Assembly: GCA_030390025.1 (NCBI GenBank)
Contig: CM059432.1
Location: 31,870,001 to 31,934,000 of the forward strand
Direction of reading: 5' to 3'
From: Squalus acanthias
Lineage: Eukaryota
Length of the DNA: 64,000 nt
Positions 12,956-25,017 of this stretch are shown here, one piece after another. The position numbers and the translations under genes were made by a program. The notes beneath the pieces are model-generated. The model was not told the origin of the DNA. It did no database searches and was given only the letters and a program-made list of their open reading frames with translations. Every line of letters begins with the position of its first letter. Positions within the stretch are counted from its first letter, which is position 1.

Positions 12956-13841
12956 CTCTCTTCTCTTGTCTTAGGCAGTACCTCGGAACCGAGGATGACT
13001 TGCTTCCACATTAAAAATGAGTTCGCAGGTGACTGATGAGTCCAATGCGGGACCTACAGTCTCTGTCACAGGTGGGGCAGACGGTGGTTGAAGGAGCAGG
13101 TGGGTGGGGTGCTTGGGTTGACGTGCGCTCCTTGCGCTGCCTGCGCTTGGCTTCCACTTGCTCCCGGCGAAGAGACTCGAGGTGTTCGGCGCCTTCCCGG
13201 ATGCTTCTCCTCCACTTTGTGCGGTCTTGGGCCAGGGATTCCCAGGTGTCGGTGGGGATGTTACACTTTTTCAAGGAGGCTTTGAGGGTGTCCTTGAAGC
13301 GTTTCCTCTGCCCACCTGGGGCTCTCTTGTCGTGCCGGAGCTCCGAGTGGAGCGCTTGTTTTGGGAGTCTCGTATCGGGCATGCGGACAATGTGACCCGT
13401 CCATTGGAGCCGATCGAGCGTGGTCAAAGCTTTGATGCTGGGGATGTTGGCCTGAGCAAGAACACTGACGTTGGTGCGCCTATCCTGCCAATAGATTTGC
13501 AGGATCTTGCGGAGGCAGCGTTGGTGGTACCTCTCCAGTGCTTTGAGGTGCCTGCTGTACATGGTCCATGTCTCTGAGGCATACAGCAGGGCGGATATCA
13601 CTGCTGCTCTGTAGACCATGAGCTTAGTGCCGGGATTCCATCTGCTCCTGAGGCCTTGTTGTTCTTCAGTTGTCGGATGGCCTTTTCAACCTCATGCCGG
13701 GCTGGGGTTGTGCTGAGATGGTGCTGATGAGGTTGAAAAGGCCATCCGACAACTGAAGAACAACAAGGCTTCAGGAGCAGATGGAATCCCCGCCGAGGCA
13801 CTAAAGCATGGCGGAGAAGCACTACTGCGCGAATTCATGAA
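12956..13841 (-). mobile_element. RTE-clade LINE, truncated and rearranged, 12-bp TSD
   Basis: ORF 13011-13619: LLYASETWT...CLRKILQI.WQDR...WTGHIVRMPDTRLPK...GGQRKRFKD...CPTCDRDCRSRIGLISH (RTE C-terminus with zinc finger). ctctgcttgatt duplicated at 12944-12955 and 13842-13853. Confidence 0.88.
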
Positions 13842-14023
13842 CTCTGCTTGATTATCACCATGTGGGCTAGCTGTAATATTTGGAACCTGTTTGGAGGGGA
13901 GCAGGTGTGGTTGCAGGCATGACCCTTATTCCACCAATTTGTGGCACAGTGCGTTAAATGCACCAACACGGACCAAACCTCAGAGTTCATGTAGTTTGCT
14001 CTGTTGGCCTATGTTGAAATTGA

Positions 14024-14194
<171 letters not shown>

Positions 14195-14933
14195 TAAGCA
14201 TTCGCATCAGAACATTTCAAAATGCTTTAAAGACTCTCAATAGACCCTTGGAACTGAAAATAATGTGAGTAGTTTAAAGTCACTAAAATTGCTCATTAAT
14301 TTTTGGGATTTGCAAATATCACCGGGTCACTTATATTAAATTAACATTTTATAGCATCATATATGAAACCTAAATTTCAGTACACACCGTGACCGTTTGT
14401 TGCATCCTATCTTTTCCTGGTCAACTCCTGAAGATGCTGACTTAATCCAATCTTTCTTTCCCTCTCTTTACTTCTCTTTCTGCACCTGATTTGACTATAA
14501 TTTGCCCTCTTTCTCCATCGTTCCTGTGTTTTCTTTCTCAATCCTTAAATCTTATTGGTTAAGGAGATGCACTGTTGGTCCCGTCGTTAACTGAGGTCCC
14601 AGCTGTCCTGTTGCCCTTGCCACGCTGTTATAAGCTGGCACAAAAATTTTTGAGCTGAAGGGTGCAGAAAAGGTCTAACTAACAGCATACGCCACCAGAT
14701 GCCCTACTCCAACAAGAGCTGGGCCAAAATGTGATACTTCTGTCCAAATATTGCAATGTAACGAGTGAGTGCCACTGTTAGTAATCCTCAAATATCATAT
14801 CCTTTTATTGTTCACTTTTTAAAAAAAAAAAATCAATACTCCGAATCAAAAATGTCAACCAAACTACAGTATATCAAGTTGTGGAATTGAATTCAAGAAA
14901 TTTGCTGATTTGTAGCTTGCACTGGCAAAAGTT

Positions 14934-15937
14934 ACAACAACAACTTGTATTTATGTAGCACCTTTAACACAGTAAAACATCCCAATGCATTTCACAGGAG
15001 TGATATAAAACAAAATTTGACACTGAGCCACATAAGAAGAAATTAGGGCAGATGACCCAAAGCTTGGTCAAAAAGGTAGGTTTTAAGGAGCATCTTAAAG
15101 GAGGAGAGAGAGGTGGAGAGGTTTAGTAGGAAATTCCAGAGCTTAGGGCCTTGGTAGCTGAAGGCATGGCCACCAGTGATTGTGCATTCTGACAATTTAA
15201 AGACAGTGGAGAGGTCAAGAGAAGAGGTGGTGAGGTAGAGCTGGGTCTCATCAGAGTACATGTGGAAACTGACATAAAATGCTGGAAATGCTCAGCAGGT
15301 CAGGCAGCATCATGGAGAGAGAAACAGAGTTAACGTTTCAGGTCGATGACCCTTCATCAGAACTGGAAAAAGCTGGAGATGGAACAGGTTTTTAAGCAAG
15401 TGCAGGGGCAGGGAAAGGGGGGAGGGGAGGAAAGAACAAAAGGAAAGGTCTGTGATAGGATGGAAGGCAGGAGAGATTAAGAGACAAAAGGGATGATGGT
15501 GCAAGGCAAAAGGAGATGGTAACGACGCTGTGTTTTCGAATGATGTCGCCGAGGGGCAGCATGTAGGTGAGAAATAGGAGGGGGTGTAGGATAGACCTTT
15601 GCGGGGCACCAGAGGTAATGATGCGGGAGCGGGGAGAGAAGCCATTGCAGGTGATTCTCTGGCTACAATTCGATAGATAAGAATGGAACCAGGTGAGCGC
15701 AGTCCCACCCAGCTGGATGACGGTGGAGAGGCGTTAAAGGAGGAAGGAGTGGTTAACCATGTTAAAGGCTGCAGACCGGTCAAGAAGGACGAGGAGGGAT
15801 AGTTTACCTTTGTCACAGTCACATAGGATGTCATTTATGACTTTGATAAGGGCCGTTTTGGTGCTGTGGCAGGGGCATGGAACCTGATTGGAGAGATTCA
15901 AACATGGAGTTCCGGGAAAGATGGGCTCGGATTTGGG
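14934..15937 (-). mobile_element. L2 LINE 3' fragment, interrupted by a Penelope end at 15274-15523
   Basis: (ACA)n tail with ttgtatttatgtagcacc. MYSDETQLYL (YADD-like) and AFSYQGPKLWN remnants. Confidence 0.78.
15328..15364 (-). ncRNA. Minimal type-I hammerhead ribozyme motif in a Penelope end
   Basis: Minus strand reads AGTT CTGATGA A GGGTC ATC GACCT GAAA CGT T AACT: helix I, intact core, helix II, palindromic ACGT helix III, GUU site. Confidence 0.6.
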
Positions 15938-16059
15938 ATTACAATGAAAGCTGCCAGATTGTTGTAAAAATCCAACTGGTTCACTAATGTCCTTCAGGGA
16001 AGGGAATCTGTCACCCCTACTTGGTCTGGCCTACACTTGTCTCCAGCCCCAGGTTCCGT

Positions 16060-17106
16060 ATTACAACGTGTACGGTTGTTTTTCATACTGGAGGAAAGTA
16101 TACAGTGGTGTTCCCCAGGGGTCAGTTCTAGGACCACTGCTTTTCTTGATATATATTAATGACTTACACTTGGGTGTACAAGGCACAATTTCAAAATTTG
16201 AAGATGACACAAAACTTGGAAGTATAGTGAACAGTGAGGAGGTGAGTGATAGACTTCAAGAAGACATAGACAGGCTGGTGGAATGGGTGGACATGTGGCC
16301 GATGAATTTTAACACAGAAAAGTGCGAAGTGATACATTTTGGTAGAAAGAACGAGGCGAGGCAATATAAACTGAAGGGTACAATTCTAAACGGGTTGTAT
16401 GAACAGAGAGACCTGGGAGTATATGTGCACAGATTGTTGAAGGTGGCAGGGTAGATTGAGAAAGCGGTTAAAAAAACATACAGGATCCTGGGCTTCATAA
16501 ATGGAGGCATAAAGTACAAAAGCAAGGAAGTTATGGTGAACCTTTATAAAACACTGGTTCGGCCTCAACTGGAGTATTGTGTCCAATTCTGGGCACTGCA
16601 CTTTAGGAAGGATGTGAAGGCGGTGCAGAAAAGATTTACAAGAATGGTTCCAGGGATGAGGGACTTCAGTTATGTGAACTGACTGGAGAAGCTGGCGTTG
16701 TTCTACTTAGAGTTGAGAAGGTTTCGAGGAAATTTGATAGAGGCGTTTAAAATCATGAGGGGTCTAGCCAAAGTAGATGGAGAGGAACTGTTCCCATTGG
16801 TGGAAGGTTCGAGAACCAGAGGACACAGATTTAAGGTGATTGGCAGAAGAACCAAAGGCGACATGAGGAAAAACTTTTTTACGCAGCGAGTGGCTAGGAT
16901 CTGGAATTCGCTGCCTGAAGGGGTGGTGGAGGCAGATTCAATTGTGGCTTTCAAAAGGGAATTGGATAAGTACCTGAAGGAAAAAAATTGCAGGGCTACA
17001 GGGAAAGGGCGGGGAGTGGGATTAGCTGAAGTGCTCTTGCAGAGAGCCGGCATGGGCTCGTCGGGCCGAATGGCCGCCTCCTGTGCTGTAACCATTCTGT
17101 GATTCT
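16060..17106 (+). mobile_element. CR1 LINE 3' fragment
   Basis: [49 protein letters not shown]. attctgtgattct tail. Confidence 0.88.
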
Positions 17107-17129
17107 ATTCCATAACTTTTGCAGTATTG

Positions 17130-17495
17130 GTTCCTAGCTCAATGGGTAGATGCCCCAAGTGGTGTGTTACTGAGTCGCATAAACTGATGGTCGCAGGTTC
17201 AATCCTTGGTCTTTGCTCACTTAGCTGAGCTCAACCAAGGTGACAGTTGGGATGCTGCAATTTGCCACAGGAAGGCGAAAAGTGGCCAGAGTTTTTTCTC
17301 ATGGTTGCCATCCAGTGACCCCTGCTGGCAATTGGACATGTGGACATTGGGTGAGGATGGCAGCAGGCTTGCCATTGCTCTATCTAGCCTCACATGAAGT
17401 ATGGCTAACTTTGGGCAAGGTGCTAGAGGGATGCAGTCACCAGTAGGACCATACCCCAGCATAAGGCAGCATCTTGAGAGGAGGAGAGAAAACTA
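17130..17495 (+). mobile_element. Old tRNA-derived SINE, family undetermined
   Basis: A-box-like tagctcaatgg and B-box-like ggttcaatcc. Related decayed minus-strand pieces at ~24880-24990 and ~51600-51780. Confidence 0.45.
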
Positions 17496-18796
17496 GACCA
17501 AAAACACTTCTGACAGTTGGGATGCTGTCAGTTTTCTTTTACTCCGACACGCCATAGGCAAATTAAAACCTATGCTTTGAATTACGTATCCAGAGCTATG
17601 TACTTTTTTTTTAAAGAAAAAAAGTATGAGTAATTGTATTCTGGGTTCATTGTCACTTCAATGCCAGTCGGGAGCTGGAGCAGTTTTATTAGATATACCA
17701 TAAATTCTGTAGGCTTAAGCTTTATTTGATTGCAGGTGGTATTTATATTTCCCAACTAGTTTTTATTTTAGCAAAAGCATAAAAATTGCTGAGGCAGTGA
17801 TCATCATCTAGCTGCAGCTGTGCTCTGAAAACTTCATGCTGTTCTCTCCTCCTCCAACCCCAAAATAATTGCAACCGATAAAGGCATTTTGCATTAAAGA
17901 CTTTTAACAGTCACCTGAAAAAAATTAAAATAAAACCCATGAATACTGGAAATCTGGGGAAAAAAAAACAGAAAATGGTAAATTTACAGCAAATTATGGT
18001 CACTCTCTCTTTCTTAATCTTGCACATTTTGATTAAATTGCTGTGCATTTCTGGTATTTTCTGTGTTTTAACCTGTAAAATAAATCTTCCTCCTTTGTTT
18101 GATAGTCCATGGTGCTTCATTCCCAGTTTTTCTATTCCCTTTACCAAGGAAGTGCCCAGTGATCATTTACTGATTTCTTTTTAAAATTATTCCCTTCCCT
18201 CTCTAACCTAAAATCTTGATTGAAAATGGGAAGTAGTGGTTGCAAAGCTACACCTTTATCCTTCTCCTAAACTCTCTGTTCTGAGGCGCAATGTGCTAAC
18301 TTCTAAATTTTGAAACTAAATCGGTGATTATTTCAAGCTCACTCATAAAGAAAAAACTTGTTTGACATGTGAGCCTCTCACCTCTAGCTTCCACCTCCCG
18401 TGTTGCAATCTGTAATATCTTTATTTTATCAGTTATTACCATTCATCCTCCAATCTTTCCTCCTCACTATCGAAATCAAGACTTATCACACTGTCTCCTA
18501 CTCAACTCCTCTTTTCGCAGGACCTCAGAACTGGAACTGCTCACCTTCCTACTTTAGTTTTCTTTTACTCCGACACGCCATTGGCAAATTAAAACCTATG
18601 CTTTGAATTACGTATCCAGAGCTTCCTGATTTACCACTTTTTCCTCCCTTTTAGTGTTGTGCACTATTGTACTTTGTTCCTCACCTCAATTTCAATTTTT
18701 AAAATGGCTGTTACAGTTTAAAGAAGCGAAGATTAAGGAATATATGGTACAATTCTGGGTTAACTTGGGGTGAAAGATATGTAATATGAAACTTAA

Positions 18797-19081
<285 letters not shown>

Positions 19082-19280
19082 TAATAGAGCCATAGAAGTT
19101 TACAGCACAGAAGGAGGCCATTTGATCCATGGTTCTTTGTTGGAGAGCAATTCAAAACTAATCTCACTGCTGATCTCTCCCCATTGACCTGCTTCATATT
19201 CTGCTTCAAATATTTATTCACTTAAAAGAGGCAATGGTCTCTGCCTCAGCAGCTCCCTCTGGCAAAGCATTCTGTGGTTC

Positions 19281-21972
19281 AACAAACAAACTTGAATTTA
19301 TTTAACGACTTTCATGACGTTAGGACATCCCAAAGTGCTTCACAGCCTAGGAAGTACTTTTGAAGTGTAGTTACTATTGTAATGTAGGATATGCGGCAGC
19401 CAACTTACGCACAGCAGGGTCCCACAAACAGAAATGTGATCATGACCAGATTATGTGGGGTTTTTTGTGATGTTGGTTGAGAGATAAATGTTGTCCATTT
19501 TACATTAAGTTTGAAAGTGATTTAGTTAAATCCGAAACTAAGGTCTTCAATCTAAACAAAGCAAACTACGTAGGTATGAGGGGCGAGTTGGCTAAGGTAG
19601 ATTGGGAAACTACATTAAAAGGTATGACGGTCGGGAAGCAATGGCTAGCATTTAAAGAATTAATACATAATTTACAACAAATATACATTCCTTTTAAGAC
19701 ACAAAAACCCCACAGGAAAAGTGGTCCAACCATGGCTAACAAGAGAAGTTAAAGATAGTATTAGATCAAAGGAAGAGACTTATAATGTTGCCAAAAAGAG
19801 TAGTAAGCCTGAGGATTGGGAGGATTTTAGAATTCAGCAAAGGAGGACCAAGAAATTGATAAAGAAAGGGAAAACAGAATGAGAGTAAACTAGCGAGAGA
19901 CATAAAAACAGACTGTAAAAGCTTCTATAGGTATGTAAAAAAGAAAAGTTTAGCTTACGTAAATGTGGGTCCCTTACAGGCTGAGACAGGAGAAATTATA
20001 ATGGGGAATAAGGAAATGGCTGAGAAATTAAACAAATACTTTGTGTCTGTCTTCACGGAAGAAGATGCAAAAAAACCTCCCGGAAATAGTGGAGAACCAA
20101 GGGTCTAGCGAGAATGAGGAACTGAAAGAAATTAGTATTAGTAAAAAAAAATAGTACTGGAGAAATTAATGGGACTGAAAGCCGAGAAATCCCCTGGACC
20201 TGATGGCCTACATCCTAGGGTTTTGAAAGAGGTGGCTCTAGAGATAGTGGATGCTTTGGTTGTCATTTTCCAAAATTCCATGGATTCTAGAATGGTTCCC
20301 GCGGATTGGAAGGTAGCAAATGTGACCCCACTATTTAAGAAAGGCAGGAGAGAGCAAACTGGGAACTACAGACCAGTTAGCCTGACATCAGTAGAGGGAA
20401 AATGCTAGAATCTATTATTAAGGACGTGGTAACAGGGCACTTAGAAAATAATAATAGGATTGGGCAGTGTCAACACGGATTTATGAAAGGGAAATCATGT
20501 TTGACGAATCTGTTAGAGGTTTTTGAGGTTGTAACTTGCAGAATAGATGAGGGGAAACCAGTGGATGTGGTGTTTTTGGATTTTCAGAAGGCATTCGATA
20601 AAGTGCCACACAGGTTGTTAAACAAAATTAGGGCTCATGGGATTGGGGGTAATATACTAGCATGGATTGAGGATTGGTTAACGGACGGAAAACAGAGTAG
20701 GAATAAACAGGTCATTTTCGGCTTGGCAGGCTGTAACTAGTCGGGTACCGCAAGGATCAGTGCTTGGGCCTCAGCTATTCACAAACTGTATCAATGATTT
20801 GGATGAGGGGACCAAATGTAATATATCCAAGTTTGCTGATGATACAAAGCTAGGTGGGAATGTAAATTGCGATGAGGATGCCAAGAGGCTTCAAGGGGTT
20901 ATAGACGGGCTAAGTGAGTGGGCAAGAACATGGCAAATGGAATATAATGTGGAGAAATGTGAAATTATCCTCTTTGGTAGGAAAAATAGAAAAGCAGAGT
21001 ATTTTTTAAATGGTGAGAGATTGGGAAATGTTGGTTTTCAGAGGGACTTGAGTGACCTCGTACAGGAATCACTGAAAGTTAACATGCAGATACAGCAAGC
21101 AATTCGGAAAGTAAATGGTATGTTGGCCTTTATTATGAGACGATTTGAGTGTAAGAGTAAAGATGTCTTACTGCAATTATATAGGGCTCTGGTGAGACCA
21201 CACCTGGAGTATTGTGTACAGTTTTGGTCTCCTTACCTAAGGAAGGATGTACTTGCCATAGAGGGAGTGCAACAAAGGTTCAGCAGACTGATTCCTGGGA
21301 TGGGGGGATTGTCTCTTGAGGAGAGATTGAGTAGACTAGGCCTCTGTTCTCTGGAGTTTCGAAGAATGAGAGGTGATCTCATTGAAACATACAAAATCCT
21401 TACAGGGCTTGACAGGGTAGATGCAGGGAGGATGTTTGCCCTGGCTGGAGAGTCTAGAACCAGGGATCACAGTCTCAGAAGAAGGGGTCAGCCATTTAGG
21501 AATGAGATGAGGAGAAATTTCTTCACTCAAAGGGTGGTGAATCTTTGGAATTCTCTACCCGAGAGGGCTGTGGAGGCTCAGTCGTTGAGTATATTCAAGA
21601 CAGAGATCAATAGATTTTTGAATATCAAGGGATATTTCAGGAAAGTGGAGTTGAGGTAGAAGATCAGCCATGATCTTATTGAATTGCAGAGCAGACTCGA
21701 GGGGTCAAATGGCCTACTCCTCCTATTTCTTATGTTATGTCCTTATGATTCTGCTGCTCTTCGAAATAGTGCAATGGGATCTTTTACGTCCATCTGAGAG
21801 GGCAGACAGGGCCCTGGTTTCAGGTCTCATCCGAAGGACGGCACCTCCAGTACTCCCTCAGTGTTGCACTGGATTGTTGTCTCAGATTTTGTGCTCGAGT
21901 CTCTGGTGTGGGACTTGAATCCACAACCTTCTGACTCGGAGGCGAGAGTGCTACCACTGAGCCACAGCTGAT
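19281..21972 (-). mobile_element. SacSINE1/DeuSINE-like SINE split by a CR1 insertion (halves 19281-19497 and 21748-21972)
   Basis: The two halves are collinear with the reverse complement of the 60384-60833 copy. tRNA-like head at 21900-21972. Confidence 0.8.
19498..21747 (+). mobile_element. CR1 (HER1-like) LINE, 5'-truncated, 2.25 kb
   Basis: ORF pieces 20169-21659 with [54 protein letters not shown]. (TTATG)n-like tail. Confidence 0.93.
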
Positions 21973-23393
21973 ATCTTTCTATCCTCCTGAAGTCTTTTAC
22001 AGTCCTCTTTGCTGCTTGCCAAATCCCCTACTTTTGTGTCAAAGTAAACTTTAATATTGTGCTCCGTATGTCCATGTCCAAATAATCATATGCATGCAGA
22101 ATAGAGTGGGTGCAGCACTAACCCCTGGAGTACCCCACTTCCAACCCATCCCTAACTGATATCAGTGCCCATTAACCATAACCCTTTATATCTAACCATC
22201 TTTTTATCTATGCTGTTACGCTCCTCTTGTATCATACGCTTAAAGTTTTGTTAGAAGCCTCCTCTGAGACACCACCTGAAAATCCATATATACCTCATCT
22301 ACTGGATTCCCTTTATTCATTTTGGTAATTTCTTCAAAATACTTTTATTACATTCATCAAACACAATTTGTCTTTAACAAATCTACAGTGGCTACCTTGA
22401 TTAACCCACATGCTCTAAATACCCACTAATTTACTTCAAGTTCAGCTAATTATTTCTGAACCAATTCTTTTCTACAGTTATCTCTTCACCACATAGCATT
22501 CATAATCATGGATAGGATCTTCCCTCCGAGCTCAATCCTCTGGAAAGCTCTTCCTACCAGTAACATTAAATGTCTTTTCTCTTGCAGGTACCCATAAATC
22601 TATGTATTTCCAGCATTTTCTGTTATTTTATATTTCTAGCATTTGTGTCTTTCTCTTTTTGATCGCTATAATGACATCTCCCTAGGAAGACGATCGAAGC
22701 AGATAGTTTTGATTAATTCAAATGGAAATTAGAAGGATTTATTTCAGAAAATAACATTTTGGGATACAGTATATAAGTACTCTGAGATATGATGAGTTAA
22801 GTGTAGCATGCTTGGGAGGAAAAAGGTGACTTTGGATCTATGGTTCCCAAAGCTCTCAACAAAAGGGGTTTTTCTCATGTCATTTCTGGGTCTGTTGTAG
22901 TCTAATTGATAGAGATTGATTGCTATGATAGTGAACAACTTCATTATTGTTGTATCATGCAGCTACCAAGATGGTAGAATGTGAATTCGATGGACCCTGT
23001 TTTTTTTTCATCTGACAATTCCTATGTTCATATTCCTATCTCCATAGTCTGGGTACCACTGTTTATTTGGCCAATACTAGTTGCTTATAATTTTGTTCAG
23101 TTACACAGGATACACACACTGGTTCTTCTGTAGGTTTTCTGCCCCCATGCAGGCAGCTGAGTGCACCTGCGGTGCTGTTCCTCCATTAGTGATATTAGGA
23201 TTGATTGTTGGCGCAGTGCATCTTGGGGACAATCATAGAGCTCAGTATAAATATCTTTTGCAGAAAAATAAGTTGAATTTTTTTTTTAATTCTTTGATCC
23301 ATGTGTGTGCCCATGACCCCTGTTGCTCCATTAGTTTTATAAATTTGACAAATCAACCTCTTGTCATCTGTAATACTCTCTCTCTTTGTTTAG

Positions 23394-23527
23394 GTTTTAA
23401 TGCTAACTCTTCAGAACGATCCTCCCTCATTGGAAACAGGTGTACAGGATAAGGAAATGGTCAAAAAATACGGCAAGTCCTTTAGGAAGATGATTTCACA
23501 GTGTCTGCAGAAAGATCCAGAGAAAAG
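23394..23527 (+). CDS. OXSR1: OXSR1 coding exon (134 nt; subdomains X-XI)
   Basis: tttag/GTAAAA boundaries. Encodes [44 protein letters not shown](R). [15 protein letters not shown] and DPEKR are OXSR1-type. Confidence 0.96.
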
Positions 23528-23600
23528 GTAAAAATCAGAATTTTTCTCCTTGCTTGCTTCGGTTTCCATATTCTCAGAGTATATCCCAGATCATTGATCT

Positions 23601-23794
23601 CAAACATAAAAACAGAAAATGCTGGAAATACTCAGCAGGTCAGGCAGTATCTGTGGAGAGAGAAACAGAGTTAACGTTTCAGGTCGATGACCCTTTGTCA
23701 GAACTGGAAAAAGCTGGAGATGCTGCCTGACCTGAGTATTTCCAGCATTTTCTGTTTTTATTTCAGATTTCAAGCATCCACAGTACTTTGCTTT
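23601..23794. mobile_element. Fold-back mini-element of inverted Penelope-type ends
   Basis: taaaaacagaaaatgctggaaatactcag...caggcag pairs with ctgcctgacctgagtatttccagcattttctgttttta. Contains a core-mutated hammerhead (CTGACAA) on the minus strand at 23669-23705. Confidence 0.78.
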
Positions 23795-24481
23795 TGGGAT
23801 ATACTCTCGATCGATGAGTTAAGACAGTTTGAATGCTGGATAATGTCTGAGTGATCTGGATTGATTTCTAAGTGGGTTGCTATGTAAAAATCACCGATTA
23901 CAACATCCTGCTTATTCCACATATTAATTTGCTAATACTCTTAAAATTAATGTGGAAAAACCAACAACAATTTGCATTTATATAACACCTTTAACGTAGT
24001 AATACATCCCAAGGAGCATAATCAGACAAAAAATGATCTTTAGCTGTTTTAATCCTGGCTGTTTTAGAGGTTATAGTAAAAGGTTTTATAAAAAAAAATG
24101 TTTACTGTAGCATGTTTCTGCTTTATGTGCCAAATGTGGCCATTAAGAACATTTGAATGCCTACTGAGCTGTAGCAACTCTCTCCAGTTCTCCCTTCTTT
24201 ATGGAAAGAGCACCGAGCTTCTGCTTAGTGTTTCTCTGCAGTGACTCGGCTCAGATCTAAAACTTGTTTTGGGGTAAATGACCTGAAGAATCCCTTGGCC
24301 ACTGTACTTGCCATAAAGTTTCTTTTTCTCCTGGCATCATTACCTCCCTCACCAAGGTGTGGTTGCCAGGCACCCTTTGTTACAATTTTTGTAGCCATCA
24401 TTCATATTGGATACTTGACCGTGATTCTCTCATCTAACTATAGAAGACATCACAGCAGAGCCTGATCCTGTCCTGTCCAAA

Positions 24482-24868
24482 GTGTCAGCCGTGGCTCAGT
24501 GGTAGCACTCTCGCCTCTGAGTCAGAAGGTCGTGGGATTGAATCTCACTCCAAAGACTTGAGCACATAATCTAAGCTGATACTTCAGTGTAGTACTGAGG
24601 GAGTAAAATATCCCACAGCACTATTGGAAGAAGAGCAGGGGATTTCTCCTGTGGAGTCCTGTTCAATGTTTATCCCTCGACCATCATCACTAAAACAGAT
24701 TATCTGGTTATCTCATTGCTGTTTGTGGGACTTTGCTGTGCACAACTTGGCTACTGAGTTTCCTACATTACAACAGTGACTGTTTCAAAAGTACTTCATT
24801 GGATGCAAAGTGTTTTGAGATGTCTTGTGGTCGTGAAAGGCTCTATGTAAATGTGAGTTCTGTTTCTA
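24482..24868 (+). mobile_element. SacSINE1/DeuSINE-like SINE with internal deletion
   Basis: Head gtgtcagccgtggctcagtggtagcactctcgcctctgagtcagaagg, part of the Deu domain, and L2-type tail. Confidence 0.8.
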
Positions 24869-25017
24869 GTAGGGGTCATTTTATAAAGATTGAGTGGGAT
24901 CCTTGATCAATCTTTCCCTTCCTACCTCTAAGTTCCTGTGGCCAATAGTAGCACCCCTACTGTGGCCTCAACTGAGCCAACTCAGGACAACAACTTATAT
25001 TCATCTAGCACCTTTAA

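Noticed and set aside
14430..14730. Possible one-ended DNA transposon remnant ending in ...ctgggcc
   Set aside because: No matching second TIR or TSD could be identified, so it is too weak to call.
20760..21659. 299-aa ORF as a host gene or active reverse transcriptase
   Set aside because: It is a fragment of a 5'-truncated, frameshifted CR1 ORF2.
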